Under the pieces are notes generated by a model. The model ran no database searches. It was not told the origin of the DNA and saw nothing but the letters and a program-made list of their open reading frames with translations. Shown piece after piece: positions 54,418 to 63,701 of a stretch of 64,000 nucleotides of DNA (its first letter is position 1; each line of letters starts with the position of its first letter). A program made the position numbers and the translations under genes. The stretch comes from Halorhodospira sp. (GTDB lineage Bacteria; Pseudomonadota; Gammaproteobacteria; Nitrococcales; Halorhodospiraceae), in NCBI GenBank assembly GCA_046546255.1, contig JBKGYE010000003.1, forward strand, positions 2,773 to 66,772, written 5' to 3'.

Positions 54418-55116
54418 ATGGCGCAGAAAGGCAGGAAGAAGAGCGGCACCGCCGGGGGCAGCGGCGGGCAGGGCCATAAGGCCCGTAGCGGGCGAGGGAA
54501 AGCGCGCACCGCGGCCGCCAAGGGTCGTAGTGGTGCCCAAGCCAGCCGTCCTGAGCGGCGCAGCATCCCGGGATGGGCCTGGCTGCTGGTCGGTGCGGCC
54601 CTCGGCGCTGGTGCGCTGTTCTTCCTGCAGTATCAGCAGCAGGGCGGAGGGGAAGCTGATCCCGCCTCCGGCGACCCTGCATCCGGACCGCAGGCAGAGC
54701 AGCGGTCCGACGAGGAGCCGTCTAAGGAGCAGGAGCAGGGGCGTCAGTACGAATTCTACGAGATGCTGATGCAGGACGAGGTCTCGGTGCCCGAGGAGGA
54801 CCTCAGTGAGGCTGATGAGCGGCGTAGCGAGGAAGAGGAGCGTGAGGAGCTCACTCGGGCCACCAACTTTGAGGAAGGGCAGCGCTACCTGCTCCAGGCC
54901 GGTTCCTTCCAGCATCATGAAGATGCCGAGAGCATGCGTGCCTCCTTGGCCTTGGTGGGGCTCCCGGCGCAGATCCACACCGTGGAGCTGCAAGGTGGTG
55001 AGGAGTGGCATCGCGTCCGCGTCGGCCCCTTCGAAGACAGGGGGCGGATCGAGGAGGCGCGCTCACGCATGGAAAAGAACGATATCGAGCCGCTGATGCT
55101 GCGCCAGCAGGGATGA
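54418..55116 (+). CDS. ftsN: SPOR-domain cell division protein (FtsN-like)
   Basis: Basic N-tail, single TM helix, YEFYEML motif, C-terminal SPOR (LQAGSF..WHRVRVGPF); follows argS. Confidence 0.75.
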   Translation: MAQKGRKKSGTAGGSGGQGHKARSGRGKARTAAAKGRSGAQASRPERRSIPGWAWLLVGAALGAGALFFLQYQQQGGGEADPASGDPASGPQAEQRSDEEPSKEQEQGRQYEFYEMLMQDEVSVPEEDLSEADERRSEEEEREELTRATNFEEGQRYLLQAGSFQHHEDAESMRASLALVGLPAQIHTVELQGGEEWHRVRVGPFEDRGRIEEARSRMEKNDIEPLMLRQQG

Positions 55117-55254
55117 CGGACCCGCCGGGCGCCGCGGCTGTGTGAAAGGTGCCGCTCAGTGGAACTGCACCTTGGTTGAGTCGATTGATTGGAGTGGGTG
55201 AGGCGTCCGGCGCACGGCCGGCGGGCGCCCGGTCTTGTCTGGAGGAGGGGTTCC

Positions 55255-55602
55255 ATGATCGTGTTGCGCAGCTTCCTGTTGCTCGCCACCGCCGCCTGCC
55301 TGGGGGTTCTAGGCTACGCTGGGTATACGGCCTATGCGGGCGGCGATTCGGTGCAGATGCTCAATGAGCTGCAGGAGTTGATCGCTAGTACCTGGGTCCA
55401 GGCGCTGCTGGCGAGCTACTACCTCGGGGTGCTCTGCTTTATCGGCGCTATCGTGGTTATCGAGAAGCGCTTGCTGACGATCATCCTCTGGAGTCTGGCA
55501 GCGTTGCTGATCACCTATCCCGCCCTGGTCTTCTGGCTGCTGTTGCGGGGACTGCCGGAGATGGGCGAGCGCAGCAGCCGGCGGCTGCGCTCGCTGGGCT
55601 GA
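55255..55602 (+). CDS. Hypothetical small membrane protein (3-4 TM, possibly DUF1475-like)
   Basis: Strong GGAGGAGG SD before ATG 55255; hydrophobic helices; W..LL..YYLG..F....EK...W pattern. Family assignment is tentative. Confidence 0.65.
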   Translation: MIVLRSFLLLATAACLGVLGYAGYTAYAGGDSVQMLNELQELIASTWVQALLASYYLGVLCFIGAIVVIEKRLLTIILWSLAALLITYPALVFWLLLRGLPEMGERSSRRLRSLG

Positions 55603-55655
55603 CGCATGTGCGCCGCCCGGGCTGCCTACGTCCCCGGGCGGTCCATGAGCCTCAG

Positions 55656-56525
55656 CTATTGCGCACCGAGTTCCATCTTGCGTAACCGGTAGAGTGCGGA
55701 GATATCTTCTTCGCCGTGTCCCTGCGCGATCAACCGATCGTAGTCCGCGAGGGTCTGCTCGAGGAGCGTCTGCTCGATGCCTTGGGCGGCGAGCAGATCA
55801 CGAACGATGGCCAGATCCTTGCGGTGAAGGGCCAGCTTGAATCCCGGCGGGAATCGGTCCTCAACCATATTCGGCCCGCGCTGGGTTAGTTGCCAATTGC
55901 CCGCTGCCCCAGCCCCGACGACCTCGATGACTTGCTGCAGGTCGAGCCCTTGTCCGCGGCCGTAAGCGAGCGCGGTGGCGACCCCCTGCATGATGCCGGC
56001 GACCATGATCTGGTTGACTGCTTTGGTGGCCTGCCCGGCACCTACGGGGCCCATGTGGTGCGCGGCGCTGCAGATAGGGTCGAGCAGGGGCTGGATACGC
56101 TCGAGTATGGCGGCATCGCCGCCGACCATCATGACCATCGTGCCTTGCCGGGCGCCCTCCGGGCCGCCGGAGACCGGGGCGTCAAGGAAGGTGGCACCGC
56201 TGTCGCTGAGGCGCTCAGCGGCGGTGCGTGCGGTATCCGGTGCTACCGTAGAGGTGTCCACCACCACTTTGCCAGGTGCTAGCCCGTCTCGAAGGGCGCT
56301 GAGGACCTCGAGCAGATCGTTGTCAGCGCCGACACTGATCAAGAGCACATCGGCTGCCGCAGCCACCGTGGCCGGTTCATCGGCCAGCGCTACGCCGTGC
56401 TCTGCAGCGAAGGCCTTCGCCCGCTCTCGGCTGCGGTTCCAGACCGCCGACAGCGTGCCGGCACGTGCAAGGTTGGCCGCGATGCCGCTGCCCATGGCGC
56501 CTAGGCCGATCACCCCTGCTTTCAT
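55656..56525 (-). CDS. NAD(P)-dependent beta-hydroxyacid dehydrogenase (GarR/MmsB family)
   Basis: Start MKAGVIGLGAMG (GGAG SD); DAPVSGG, GAGQATKAVNQ, F.LALHRKDL. Confidence 0.9.
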   Translation of the reverse strand: MKAGVIGLGAMGSGIAANLARAGTLSAVWNRSRERAKAFAAEHGVALADEPATVAAAADVLLISVGADNDLLEVLSALRDGLAPGKVVVDTSTVAPDTARTAAERLSDSGATFLDAPVSGGPEGARQGTMVMMVGGDAAILERIQPLLDPICSAAHHMGPVGAGQATKAVNQIMVAGIMQGVATALAYGRGQGLDLQQVIEVVGAGAAGNWQLTQRGPNMVEDRFPPGFKLALHRKDLAIVRDLLAAQGIEQTLLEQTLADYDRLIAQGHGEEDISALYRLRKMELGAQ

Positions 56526-56569
56526 GCTCGCTCCTCCACTGCTGGAATCTTGCCCCGATGGTGCGGGAG

Positions 56570-58450
56570 CTAAGGGCTCTCCAAGTAGGTGCCCCCGAGC
56601 AATCCGGCCTCCAAGTCGGCCAGGCATGCTCGGCGGGCGGTCTCGTCCAGCTCCGCGGCAGCCACCCGCCGCCGATAGGCACCGCTGAGCTCGCGCTCGT
56701 CAAAGCCCACGGAGCTCAGGATGGCGCCTACGCTGTCGCCGCGTGCGGCAGCCGTGAAGCGGTGGCCCTCGCGAGTCACTTCGACATTCACCGAGTCTGT
56801 GGCGCCGAAGAGGTTGTGTCGATCCCCTAAGATTTCCTGGTAAGCCCCGACCATAAAGATCCCGAGCCAAAGCGGCTCCCCCGGCTCCGGATCGGGCAGG
56901 GGCAGGGTGCTCTCTACACCGTCCCCGTCCACGTAGAGCGAGACGGTGCCATCGGAGTCGCAGGTCAGGTCCTGAACGACGCCACGCCGGATCAGCGGTC
57001 TGTTGAGCCCGGATAAGGGGACGATGGGGAAGATCTGGTTAATGGCCCAGACGTCGGGGATCGACTGGAAAACCGAGAAGTTGGCGAAGAGCTTGTCCGC
57101 CAGGCGCTCGTTGAGGGCATCGAGAACCTCGCGTTGGTGGGGGCGCCCCGGGTTGAGCCGCTCCCGCAGCCGGGTGCCGATGGCTTGGTAGCAGCGCTCG
57201 GCGTAGGCGCGCTGGGGGAGATCAAGCACCCCGTGGAGATAGAGGCTGTGCGCCTCTTCCAGGTAGTGACAGGTGTCGTGGTAGACCTCTGTAGCCGGCC
57301 GACTCTCGTGGGCCTCAAGGGTGCGGTAGAGCTCGCGCAGCACAGGGTGGGCATCGGCCGCGGGCGGTTCCGGACGAGCCGCGCTGCGGCTATCGGTGTC
57401 GATCACCGAGGTGACCAGCACGGCGTGGTGCGCGGTCATAGCGCGGCCGCTTTCGGTGATCACCGCCGGATGGGGCAGCTTGGTCTCGTCGCAGACAGCC
57501 TTCAAGGCCCCGATCACGTTCTGTGCATACTCGGCGATGCTGTAGTTCATCGAGCAGAAGGCGCGCGAGCGGGTGCCTTCATAGTCCACCCCGAGCCCGC
57601 CGCCAACGTCGACCTTGGTCACCGGTGCTCCGAGACGGCGCAGCTCACCGTAGAAGCGCGCTCCCTCGGAGAGGCCGCGGCGGATGTCGTGGACATTGGC
57701 GATCTGCGAGCCGAGGTGGAAGTGAAGCAGCTGTAAGCAGCTGAGCAGATTCGCCTGGCGCAGCTCCTCGACCACGGTGAGGGCATCGGCGGCGGAGAGA
57801 CCGAACTTGGAACGCTCGCCGCCGGTGTTCTGCCACTTGCCGGCGCCGATGGAGGCGAGCCGGATGCGCAGGCCCAAGCGCGGAGGAATGCCGAGTCGCC
57901 GGGCCTCGCGGATGATGAGTCGGGTCTCGGAAGGTTTCTCTAGCACTAGGTGAACCTGCAGTCCCAGCTGCAGGCCACGCAGGGCCAGGCGCACATACTC
58001 CGGATCTTTGTAGCCATTGCAAATGACCGTTCCCCCGGCAGGGGCGAGGGCGAGCACAGCCATGAGCTCTGGTTTGCTACCCGCCTCGAGGCCCACGCGC
58101 TGGCCGTCGCCGACAATCTCTTCGACGACCGAGCGCTGCTGGTTCACCTTGATGGGGTAGACAGGTTGGTAGGCTCCGCGGTACCCGGCAGCGGCCATGG
58201 CCTGGTCGAAGGCGCTGCACAGGGCCTCGACCCGGTCGCGAAGGATGGCCGGGAAGCGGAGCAGCACCGGCGGCGAGACGCCTTGAGTGGGTAGCTCGGC
58301 GATGATCCGGCGCAGGTCCACGGCTGGTCCACGATCGCGGTGCGGGTGCACCCGCAGATGGCCTTGCTCGTCGATATCGAAATAGCCATCGCCCCAGCGC
58401 GGGACGTTGTAGACCTCGCGGGCGGGGTGGCCGCTGCACTCGTCGCTCAT
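56570..58450 (-). CDS. speA: Biosynthetic arginine decarboxylase
   Basis: YNVPRWGDGYF, VYPIKVNQ (PLP Lys), LEAGSKPEL, HFHLGSQ, DVGGGLG, DLTCDSDG, GAYQEILG; start MSDECS inferred. Confidence 0.95.
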   Translation of the reverse strand: MSDECSGHPAREVYNVPRWGDGYFDIDEQGHLRVHPHRDRGPAVDLRRIIAELPTQGVSPPVLLRFPAILRDRVEALCSAFDQAMAAAGYRGAYQPVYPIKVNQQRSVVEEIVGDGQRVGLEAGSKPELMAVLALAPAGGTVICNGYKDPEYVRLALRGLQLGLQVHLVLEKPSETRLIIREARRLGIPPRLGLRIRLASIGAGKWQNTGGERSKFGLSAADALTVVEELRQANLLSCLQLLHFHLGSQIANVHDIRRGLSEGARFYGELRRLGAPVTKVDVGGGLGVDYEGTRSRAFCSMNYSIAEYAQNVIGALKAVCDETKLPHPAVITESGRAMTAHHAVLVTSVIDTDSRSAARPEPPAADAHPVLRELYRTLEAHESRPATEVYHDTCHYLEEAHSLYLHGVLDLPQRAYAERCYQAIGTRLRERLNPGRPHQREVLDALNERLADKLFANFSVFQSIPDVWAINQIFPIVPLSGLNRPLIRRGVVQDLTCDSDGTVSLYVDGDGVESTLPLPDPEPGEPLWLGIFMVGAYQEILGDRHNLFGATDSVNVEVTREGHRFTAAARGDSVGAILSSVGFDERELSGAYRRRVAAAELDETARRACLADLEAGLLGGTYLESP

Positions 58451-58580
58451 GGCCTGCTTGCGCCTGGTGGCCGTTGGGTGACGGGGGCGCGAGACGGCGC
58501 CATCGTGATTGGTAATGGTAACATTCGCGCGTCCGCGGTGAGCGCGGAACCGATGACTCGAATCCATTGGCGGAGGCGCG

Positions 58581-59417
58581 ATGCGCGAGGGATGGTTTAC
58601 TGAGGCGGTCGAGGAAGAAGGCGTAGCCTTCTCCCTGGCCATCGACGACAAGATCTATGAGGAACAGAGCGATTATCAGCACATCGAGGTTTACCGCACC
58701 CGGCAATGGGGGCGTCTGCTTGTGCTCGATGGCTGCGTCATGCTCACCGAGCGAGACGAATTCCTCTACCACGAGATGATGGCCCATCCGGCGCTGTTCG
58801 CCCACCGCGAGCCGCGGCGCATAGCCATCGTTGGTGGTGGCGACGGCGGCATCCTGCGTGAGGTGCTACGCCACCCTGGCGTAGTGCACGCGCTGCAGGT
58901 CGAGATCGATGAGCGCGTCACACGGGTTACTGAGACGTATTTCCCGGACCTGTGTTCTGCCAATGAGGATGAGCGCGCAGAGCTGCGTTTCACGGATGGC
59001 TTGCGCTGGATTCGCAGCGTAGAGCCGGAATCGTTGGACGTGGTTATCGTGGACAGCACCGATCCGGTAGGGCCGGCAGCGGGGCTGTTCACCCGGGAGT
59101 TCCTCAGCGACGTCCGCCGAGCCCTCGGGCCAGGGGGCATCGTGGTGCAGCAAAGCGAGTCACCGCTGCTCCATCGCGACTCGGTCATCGCGCCCTTGCA
59201 TCGCGCCGCCGGCGAGGCAGGCTTCGATGGCGTGCATACCCTGACTTTCCCGGTCCCGAGCTATCCCTCGGGCTGGTGGTCCGCCACGTTGATGGTCAAT
59301 GGCGGCGACCCGCGCAACTTCCGCGAGGCCGACTCGGAGGAGAAGCCGTTCGAGACCCGCTACTACAACGCTGATATTCACCGGGGCGCTCTGGCGGTGC
59401 CGGAGCTGCTCAAGTAG
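58581..59417 (+). CDS. speE: Polyamine aminopropyltransferase (spermidine synthase family)
   Basis: SDYQHI, LDG..M.TERDEF.YHEM, GGGDGG, VEID, IVDSTDPVGPA, VPSYPSGWW. Confidence 0.93.
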   Translation: MREGWFTEAVEEEGVAFSLAIDDKIYEEQSDYQHIEVYRTRQWGRLLVLDGCVMLTERDEFLYHEMMAHPALFAHREPRRIAIVGGGDGGILREVLRHPGVVHALQVEIDERVTRVTETYFPDLCSANEDERAELRFTDGLRWIRSVEPESLDVVIVDSTDPVGPAAGLFTREFLSDVRRALGPGGIVVQQSESPLLHRDSVIAPLHRAAGEAGFDGVHTLTFPVPSYPSGWWSATLMVNGGDPRNFREADSEEKPFETRYYNADIHRGALAVPELLK

Positions 59418-59470
59418 CGACGGATTCGCTTGCGTTCGTCCGCCTGCGTGAGGCGGTCCCTGCTGGCCCT

Positions 59471-60268
59471 CTAGCGCAGGCGGTCTAGGCGCAGGCGTTC
59501 GCGCTCATCGAACAGCCGCCGGGCAGCGAACCAGACCGCGGCCAGGGTGCCCAAGCCGGTGCCGACGGTAATCAAGAACATGATCAGGATCTGGTACTTG
59601 ACTGCCTCCAAGGGTGGTGTACCGGCGAGGATCTGGCCGGTCATCATGCCGGGCAGGCTGACGATGCCGGCGGCAGCCATGGCGTTGATCATAGGGATCA
59701 TCCCTGAGCGCGTGGCGTCGCGCCGGATCGGCTCCACAGCGGCGTTCCAGGTCGCCCCGAGGGCCAGACGGGTCTCAATGACATCGCGTTGCTGCCAGGC
59801 GCCGTCGGTGAGGCGGTCCACGGACAGGGCGATGCCGTTCATGGTATTGCCGAGCAGCATGCCGAGCAGGGGGATGGCGTACTGTGGCTGATGCCAGGGC
59901 TGAGGCTGGATCAGGGCCGTCAGGGCGAGGATGGTGACGCTGAACGAGGAGAGGAACATCGCTGCGGTGCCCAGGCCGAAGCCCCAGAGGCCGGCGAAAC
60001 GCCGTTTCTGCCGAGCCATCACCTCGCGTCCGGCGACCAGCAGCATCACGAGCCCCATCAGTGCCACCCAGTAGAGCGTGGCGTGCGCGAACAGCGTCTC
60101 TAGCACCAGGCCCACCAGCAGCAGCTGCATCACCGTGCGCGCTGCAGCGATCACCAGGGTGCGTCCTATCCCGAGCCTTCCGGCCCAAGAGAGCGCAGCG
60201 AGGAGGATGACGCCCCCCCCGGCGAGGGCTAGATCCAGTGGCTGGAGCTCGATGACATCCGGTGTCAT
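59471..60268 (-). CDS. fetB: UPF0014 ABC permease (FetB/YbbM)
   Basis: RTVMQLLLVG, PQYAIPLLGMLLGNTMN, GIVSLPGMMTGQILAG, AVKYQI. Confidence 0.9.
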   Translation of the reverse strand: MTPDVIELQPLDLALAGGGVILLAALSWAGRLGIGRTLVIAAARTVMQLLLVGLVLETLFAHATLYWVALMGLVMLLVAGREVMARQKRRFAGLWGFGLGTAAMFLSSFSVTILALTALIQPQPWHQPQYAIPLLGMLLGNTMNGIALSVDRLTDGAWQQRDVIETRLALGATWNAAVEPIRRDATRSGMIPMINAMAAAGIVSLPGMMTGQILAGTPPLEAVKYQILIMFLITVGTGLGTLAAVWFAARRLFDERERLRLDRLR

Positions 60269-60270
60269 GG

Positions 60271-60873
60271 CTACAGCGCCTCGGTGATACCGTCTTGGAT
60301 GACCAAGCGCTGCGCCTCAAGCCGGAGGGCCTGGTCGGCATCGTGGGTGACCCAGATCACGGCCATACCGTCTTCCCGGTGGGTCTGGACAACCTGCTCT
60401 ACGGCCTGCGTGGTGGCGTGATCCAGGTTGGCGGTGGGCTCATCGAGCAGCAGCACACGGGGCCGCAGGGCTGCTGCCCGTGCCAGACTCAGCCGGCTGC
60501 GCTCACCGGTGGAGAGCCGGCGTACGGACCACTCCGCGACATCGGGCTCGAAGCCGAGGACCGCCAGGGTCTCCGGCTCGATGGCAGCTAGGTGATCTCC
60601 CACCCGCTCGGCCCACCAGGCACCATCTGCCGGTAGGTAGATCACCGCCCGGCGCCAACCATGGCCGCTGAAGGCCGTGCGCGGTGTGCCATCGAGGCGT
60701 ATCTCGCCCTCGCTCGGGTCTAGGTCGGCGATGGCCCGCAGCAGTCGGCTCTTCCCGGAGCCGGAAGACCCGGTCAGGGTTGCGCAGCCACCACGCGGTA
60801 ACGCCAGCCGTGGCCAGGTGGCCACGGCGCAGCGCAGCTGCTCAAGGCTCAGGCGGACAGGCTCCCCCACCAT
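60271..60873 (-). CDS. fetA: ABC ATP-binding protein (FetA/YbbL-like)
   Basis: GSSGSGKS, LSTGE, LLLDEPTANLD, WVTHD; abuts fetB. Confidence 0.85.
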   Translation of the reverse strand: MVGEPVRLSLEQLRCAVATWPRLALPRGGCATLTGSSGSGKSRLLRAIADLDPSEGEIRLDGTPRTAFSGHGWRRAVIYLPADGAWWAERVGDHLAAIEPETLAVLGFEPDVAEWSVRRLSTGERSRLSLARAAALRPRVLLLDEPTANLDHATTQAVEQVVQTHREDGMAVIWVTHDADQALRLEAQRLVIQDGITEAL

Positions 60874-60880
60874 GCACGCC

Positions 60881-61651
60881 CTACAGCGCCAAGCTGGCGC
60901 TGACGCCGAGGGAGAGGTCCGGGCTCGGATCGTGGATGCCCAGGCCTACATAGGGGCGCAGGTGGATCTGCTCGACCTGCAGCCCTGCGCCCAGGAGCAG
61001 CTCCAGGTGGTTGCGGTCCGGTTTTACCGGTGCCTCGTCGCCACGGAGCTCCACGTTCAGCTTGGTGCCGTCTTCCAGGGGGTGGGCGTAGCCCACTCCC
61101 CAGCTCAGGTAGTTGCCGCCCAGAGCCCCGTCCACCTCGTCCTGGATGGTGTAGCCGAGCTCGCCGTAGGCCAGGCCCTCGCCGATCTCATGCTGCATCG
61201 GCAGGTTGAGATAGAGGTCCAGGCCGTCGTTGGGGTAGGGGGCGATGTCATCCGCGCCCCCCGCCCGCAGTCCGGCCTCCAGGGCGAGGTGGCGGCTGAG
61301 CTGGAGCTTGGCGAAGCCGGTGATCCCTTCCAGGCCCGATTCCTCCGGAGCCCCGGGGTCATCATCGATGTTGTTCATGAAGCTGAAGTAGGCGCCATAC
61401 TCGAACGCCTCGGTGAGTCCGTAGCGGAAGCCGAGCGGTCCGAGGTGCAGGCTATCGTACTCGGCGCCCTGCTTATTTTCGCGGCCGAAGCCGTAGGCGG
61501 CGTGTGCGTACAGCTCGGTGTTGTCGGTGCCGATAACGGGCACGCTGGTGAGGGTCAGTGGCCGGTACGGCTCGGCGGCGCTCGGGGAGGCTGCCGCTAG
61601 GGCCGCTGCTGCGGTCAGAGCTGTGACGCCGAGGACCCGTTGATGCTGCAT
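60881..61651 (-). CDS. Secreted, probable outer-membrane beta-barrel protein
   Basis: Real start MQHQRV at 61651 (AGGAG SD); Sec signal peptide; alternating amphipathic strands (LYAHAAYGF, FRYGLT, AYGELGYT, LSWGVGYAH, LSLGVSASL). Confidence 0.72.
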   Translation of the reverse strand: MQHQRVLGVTALTAAAALAAASPSAAEPYRPLTLTSVPVIGTDNTELYAHAAYGFGRENKQGAEYDSLHLGPLGFRYGLTEAFEYGAYFSFMNNIDDDPGAPEESGLEGITGFAKLQLSRHLALEAGLRAGGADDIAPYPNDGLDLYLNLPMQHEIGEGLAYGELGYTIQDEVDGALGGNYLSWGVGYAHPLEDGTKLNVELRGDEAPVKPDRNHLELLLGAGLQVEQIHLRPYVGLGIHDPSPDLSLGVSASLAL

Positions 61652-61790
61652 ATGCCGCTCCTGCTTGTGGTGTGAGGATGGGTGGTCAGCTGACGTTGCC
61701 GGCTGAGCCCTCAGGATAACGGTTCTGTGCCGGTCATGGGGGAAGAGCCGCTCCTTCAAAGCCTCTAGCAAGGTTCGGGAGGGCGTTGGG

Positions 61791-61820
61791 AAAAGAAAAG
61801 CGGGCGCCGTGGCGCCCGCA
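61791..61820 (-). terminator. Intrinsic terminator after amtB
   Basis: Minus strand GCGGGCGC-CACG-GCGCCCGC-TTTTCTTTT. Confidence 0.85.
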
Positions 61821-61863
61821 AGGTCTCCCGCGGTTGGGAGAGGAGGAGAGGAGCTGGGTTGGG

Positions 61864-63108
61864 CTATTTGCCGCTGCCGGTAAAGTCCGGATAGGCCTCC
61901 ATGCCGCACTCGGTGACGTCCATGCCTCTTTGCTCGTCTTCTTCCTTGGCGCGGATGCCCATGGTGAAGCGCAGGATCAGCCAGACGATGAGGCTGGAGA
62001 GGAAGACGAAGGTGAAGATCGCGAGGATGCCGGCGATCTGGGCTAGGAAGGAGGCCTCCGGGTTGGAGAGCAGCACCGCCAGGATCCCCCAGATGCCCGC
62101 TGTGCCGTGGGCGGAGATGGCGCCCACTGGGTCGTCGAGCTTCATCTTGTCCAGGGCGACGATCGAAAGCACCACCAGAAGACCGCCGACGCCGCCGATG
62201 ATCGCTGCCAGCAGCGGGGACGGGGTGTCCGGGCCAGCGGTGATGGCGACCAGCCCGGCGATGGCGCCGTTGAGGGCCATGGTCAAGTCGGCCTTGCCGA
62301 ACAGGGCCCGGGCCAGCAGCAGGGCGGCGACCACCCCGCCGGCGGCAGCCAGGTTGGTGTTCACGAAGATGGTGCCTACCGCGTTGGCGGCCTCCGCCGA
62401 GGAGAGGGATAGCTCGGAGCCACCGTTGAAGCCGAACCAGCCGAGCCAGAGGATAAAGGTGCCCAGGGTGGCTAGCGGCAGGTTGGCACCGGGGATGGCG
62501 CGAATCTCCCCTTGGGGCCCGTACTTGCCCTTGCGTGCTCCCAGGACGAGAACCCCGGCGAGGGCCGCCGCAGCACCGGCCATGTGCACGATGGCGGAGC
62601 CAGCGAAGTCGAGGAACCCAAGCTGGTCCAGGAAGCCGCCGCCCCAGCTCCACAGGCCCTGGATGGGGTAGATGAAGCCAGTGAGCACAACGGCGAAGAT
62701 CAGGAACGCCCAGAGCTTCATGCGCTCCGCGACGGCGCCGGAGACGATGGACATGGCTGTAGCCACGAAGACGACCTGGAAGAAGAAGTCCGAGAAGAAC
62801 GAGAATGCTTCCTCGCCGCTGCGCGCCATCTCGGTGGTCACGGGCTCTGAAGCGGGCAACAGGAAGCTGAAGGTGGGTAGCAGGCTGCCGCTGCTCTCGT
62901 ACATCAGGTTCCAGCCGATGAGCATGTACATGAGCACGGCGATGGAGTAGAGCCCGATGTTCTTGGTCAGGATCTCCGTGGTGTTCTTCGCGCGCACCAG
63001 GCCCGCCTCAAGCATGGTGAAGCCGGCGGCCATCCACATGACCAGTGCGCCCGAGAGCAGGAAGTAGAAGGTGTCCAGGGAATAGGCGAGCTCAGTGATA
63101 TCTTCCAT
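61864..63108 (-). CDS. amtB: Ammonium transporter
   Basis: GFTMLEAG, SGAVAER, DFAGSAIVH, LWLGWFGFNGGS, DDPVGAISAHG (twin His retained). Confidence 0.96.
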   Translation of the reverse strand: MEDITELAYSLDTFYFLLSGALVMWMAAGFTMLEAGLVRAKNTTEILTKNIGLYSIAVLMYMLIGWNLMYESSGSLLPTFSFLLPASEPVTTEMARSGEEAFSFFSDFFFQVVFVATAMSIVSGAVAERMKLWAFLIFAVVLTGFIYPIQGLWSWGGGFLDQLGFLDFAGSAIVHMAGAAAALAGVLVLGARKGKYGPQGEIRAIPGANLPLATLGTFILWLGWFGFNGGSELSLSSAEAANAVGTIFVNTNLAAAGGVVAALLLARALFGKADLTMALNGAIAGLVAITAGPDTPSPLLAAIIGGVGGLLVVLSIVALDKMKLDDPVGAISAHGTAGIWGILAVLLSNPEASFLAQIAGILAIFTFVFLSSLIVWLILRFTMGIRAKEEDEQRGMDVTECGMEAYPDFTGSGK

Positions 63109-63140
63109 CGTTCAGATCCTCCGAATCTTGGGGCGGCCGG

Positions 63141-63545
<405 letters not shown>

Positions 63546-63553
63546 CTAAGTTC

Positions 63554-63570
63554 TGCAGGAGGCGTGCCAA
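63554..63570 (-). promoter_or_regulatory. sigma54 -24/-12 promoter of glnK-amtB
   Basis: Minus strand TTGGCACGCCTCCTGCA. Confidence 0.85.
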
Positions 63571-63632
63571 TGGGCTGAGTCGGGTGTAGCGGGGTCATGC
63601 CGCCGAGTTGGCGAGGGCATCTCGGCAACGGA

Positions 63633-63679
63633 TGCACTAGATGGGGGCGACGCCTAGTCCATCGCACTATCCCGGTGCG
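63633..63679. promoter_or_regulatory. Two NtrC boxes upstream of the glnK promoter
   Basis: TGCACTAGATGGGGGCG (63633-63649) and CGCACTATCCCGGTGCG (63663-63679), 30 bp apart. Confidence 0.75.
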
Positions 63680-63701
63680 TGAGAGTGAGGTTGAGAAGGC
63701 C

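Noticed and set aside
55140-55200. Hammerhead-like GAAA-stem-UH pattern, or a cobalamin-riboswitch-like AGGTGC start
   Set aside because: No CUGANGA core next to stem II and no GGGAA/B12-box elements; kept only as an unclassified structure.
61690-61725. SAM-I riboswitch-like fragments (TTATCCTGAG..CCGGCAAC) upstream of the OM barrel gene
   Set aside because: Too short; the P2 kink-turn/pseudoknot and P3-P4 elements are missing.
61712-61733. CGGCACAG as a sigma54 -24 element for the OM barrel gene
   Set aside because: There is no GC at the -12 position (TT instead), so NtrC/sigma54 control of the barrel-fetAB operon is unsupported.
61652-62653. 590-aa ORF 60881..62653 suggesting a large protein overlapping amtB
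   Set aside because: The upstream part is an Arg/Pro-rich off-frame shadow of amtB that crosses a terminator; the real gene starts at 61651 with an SD and a signal peptide.
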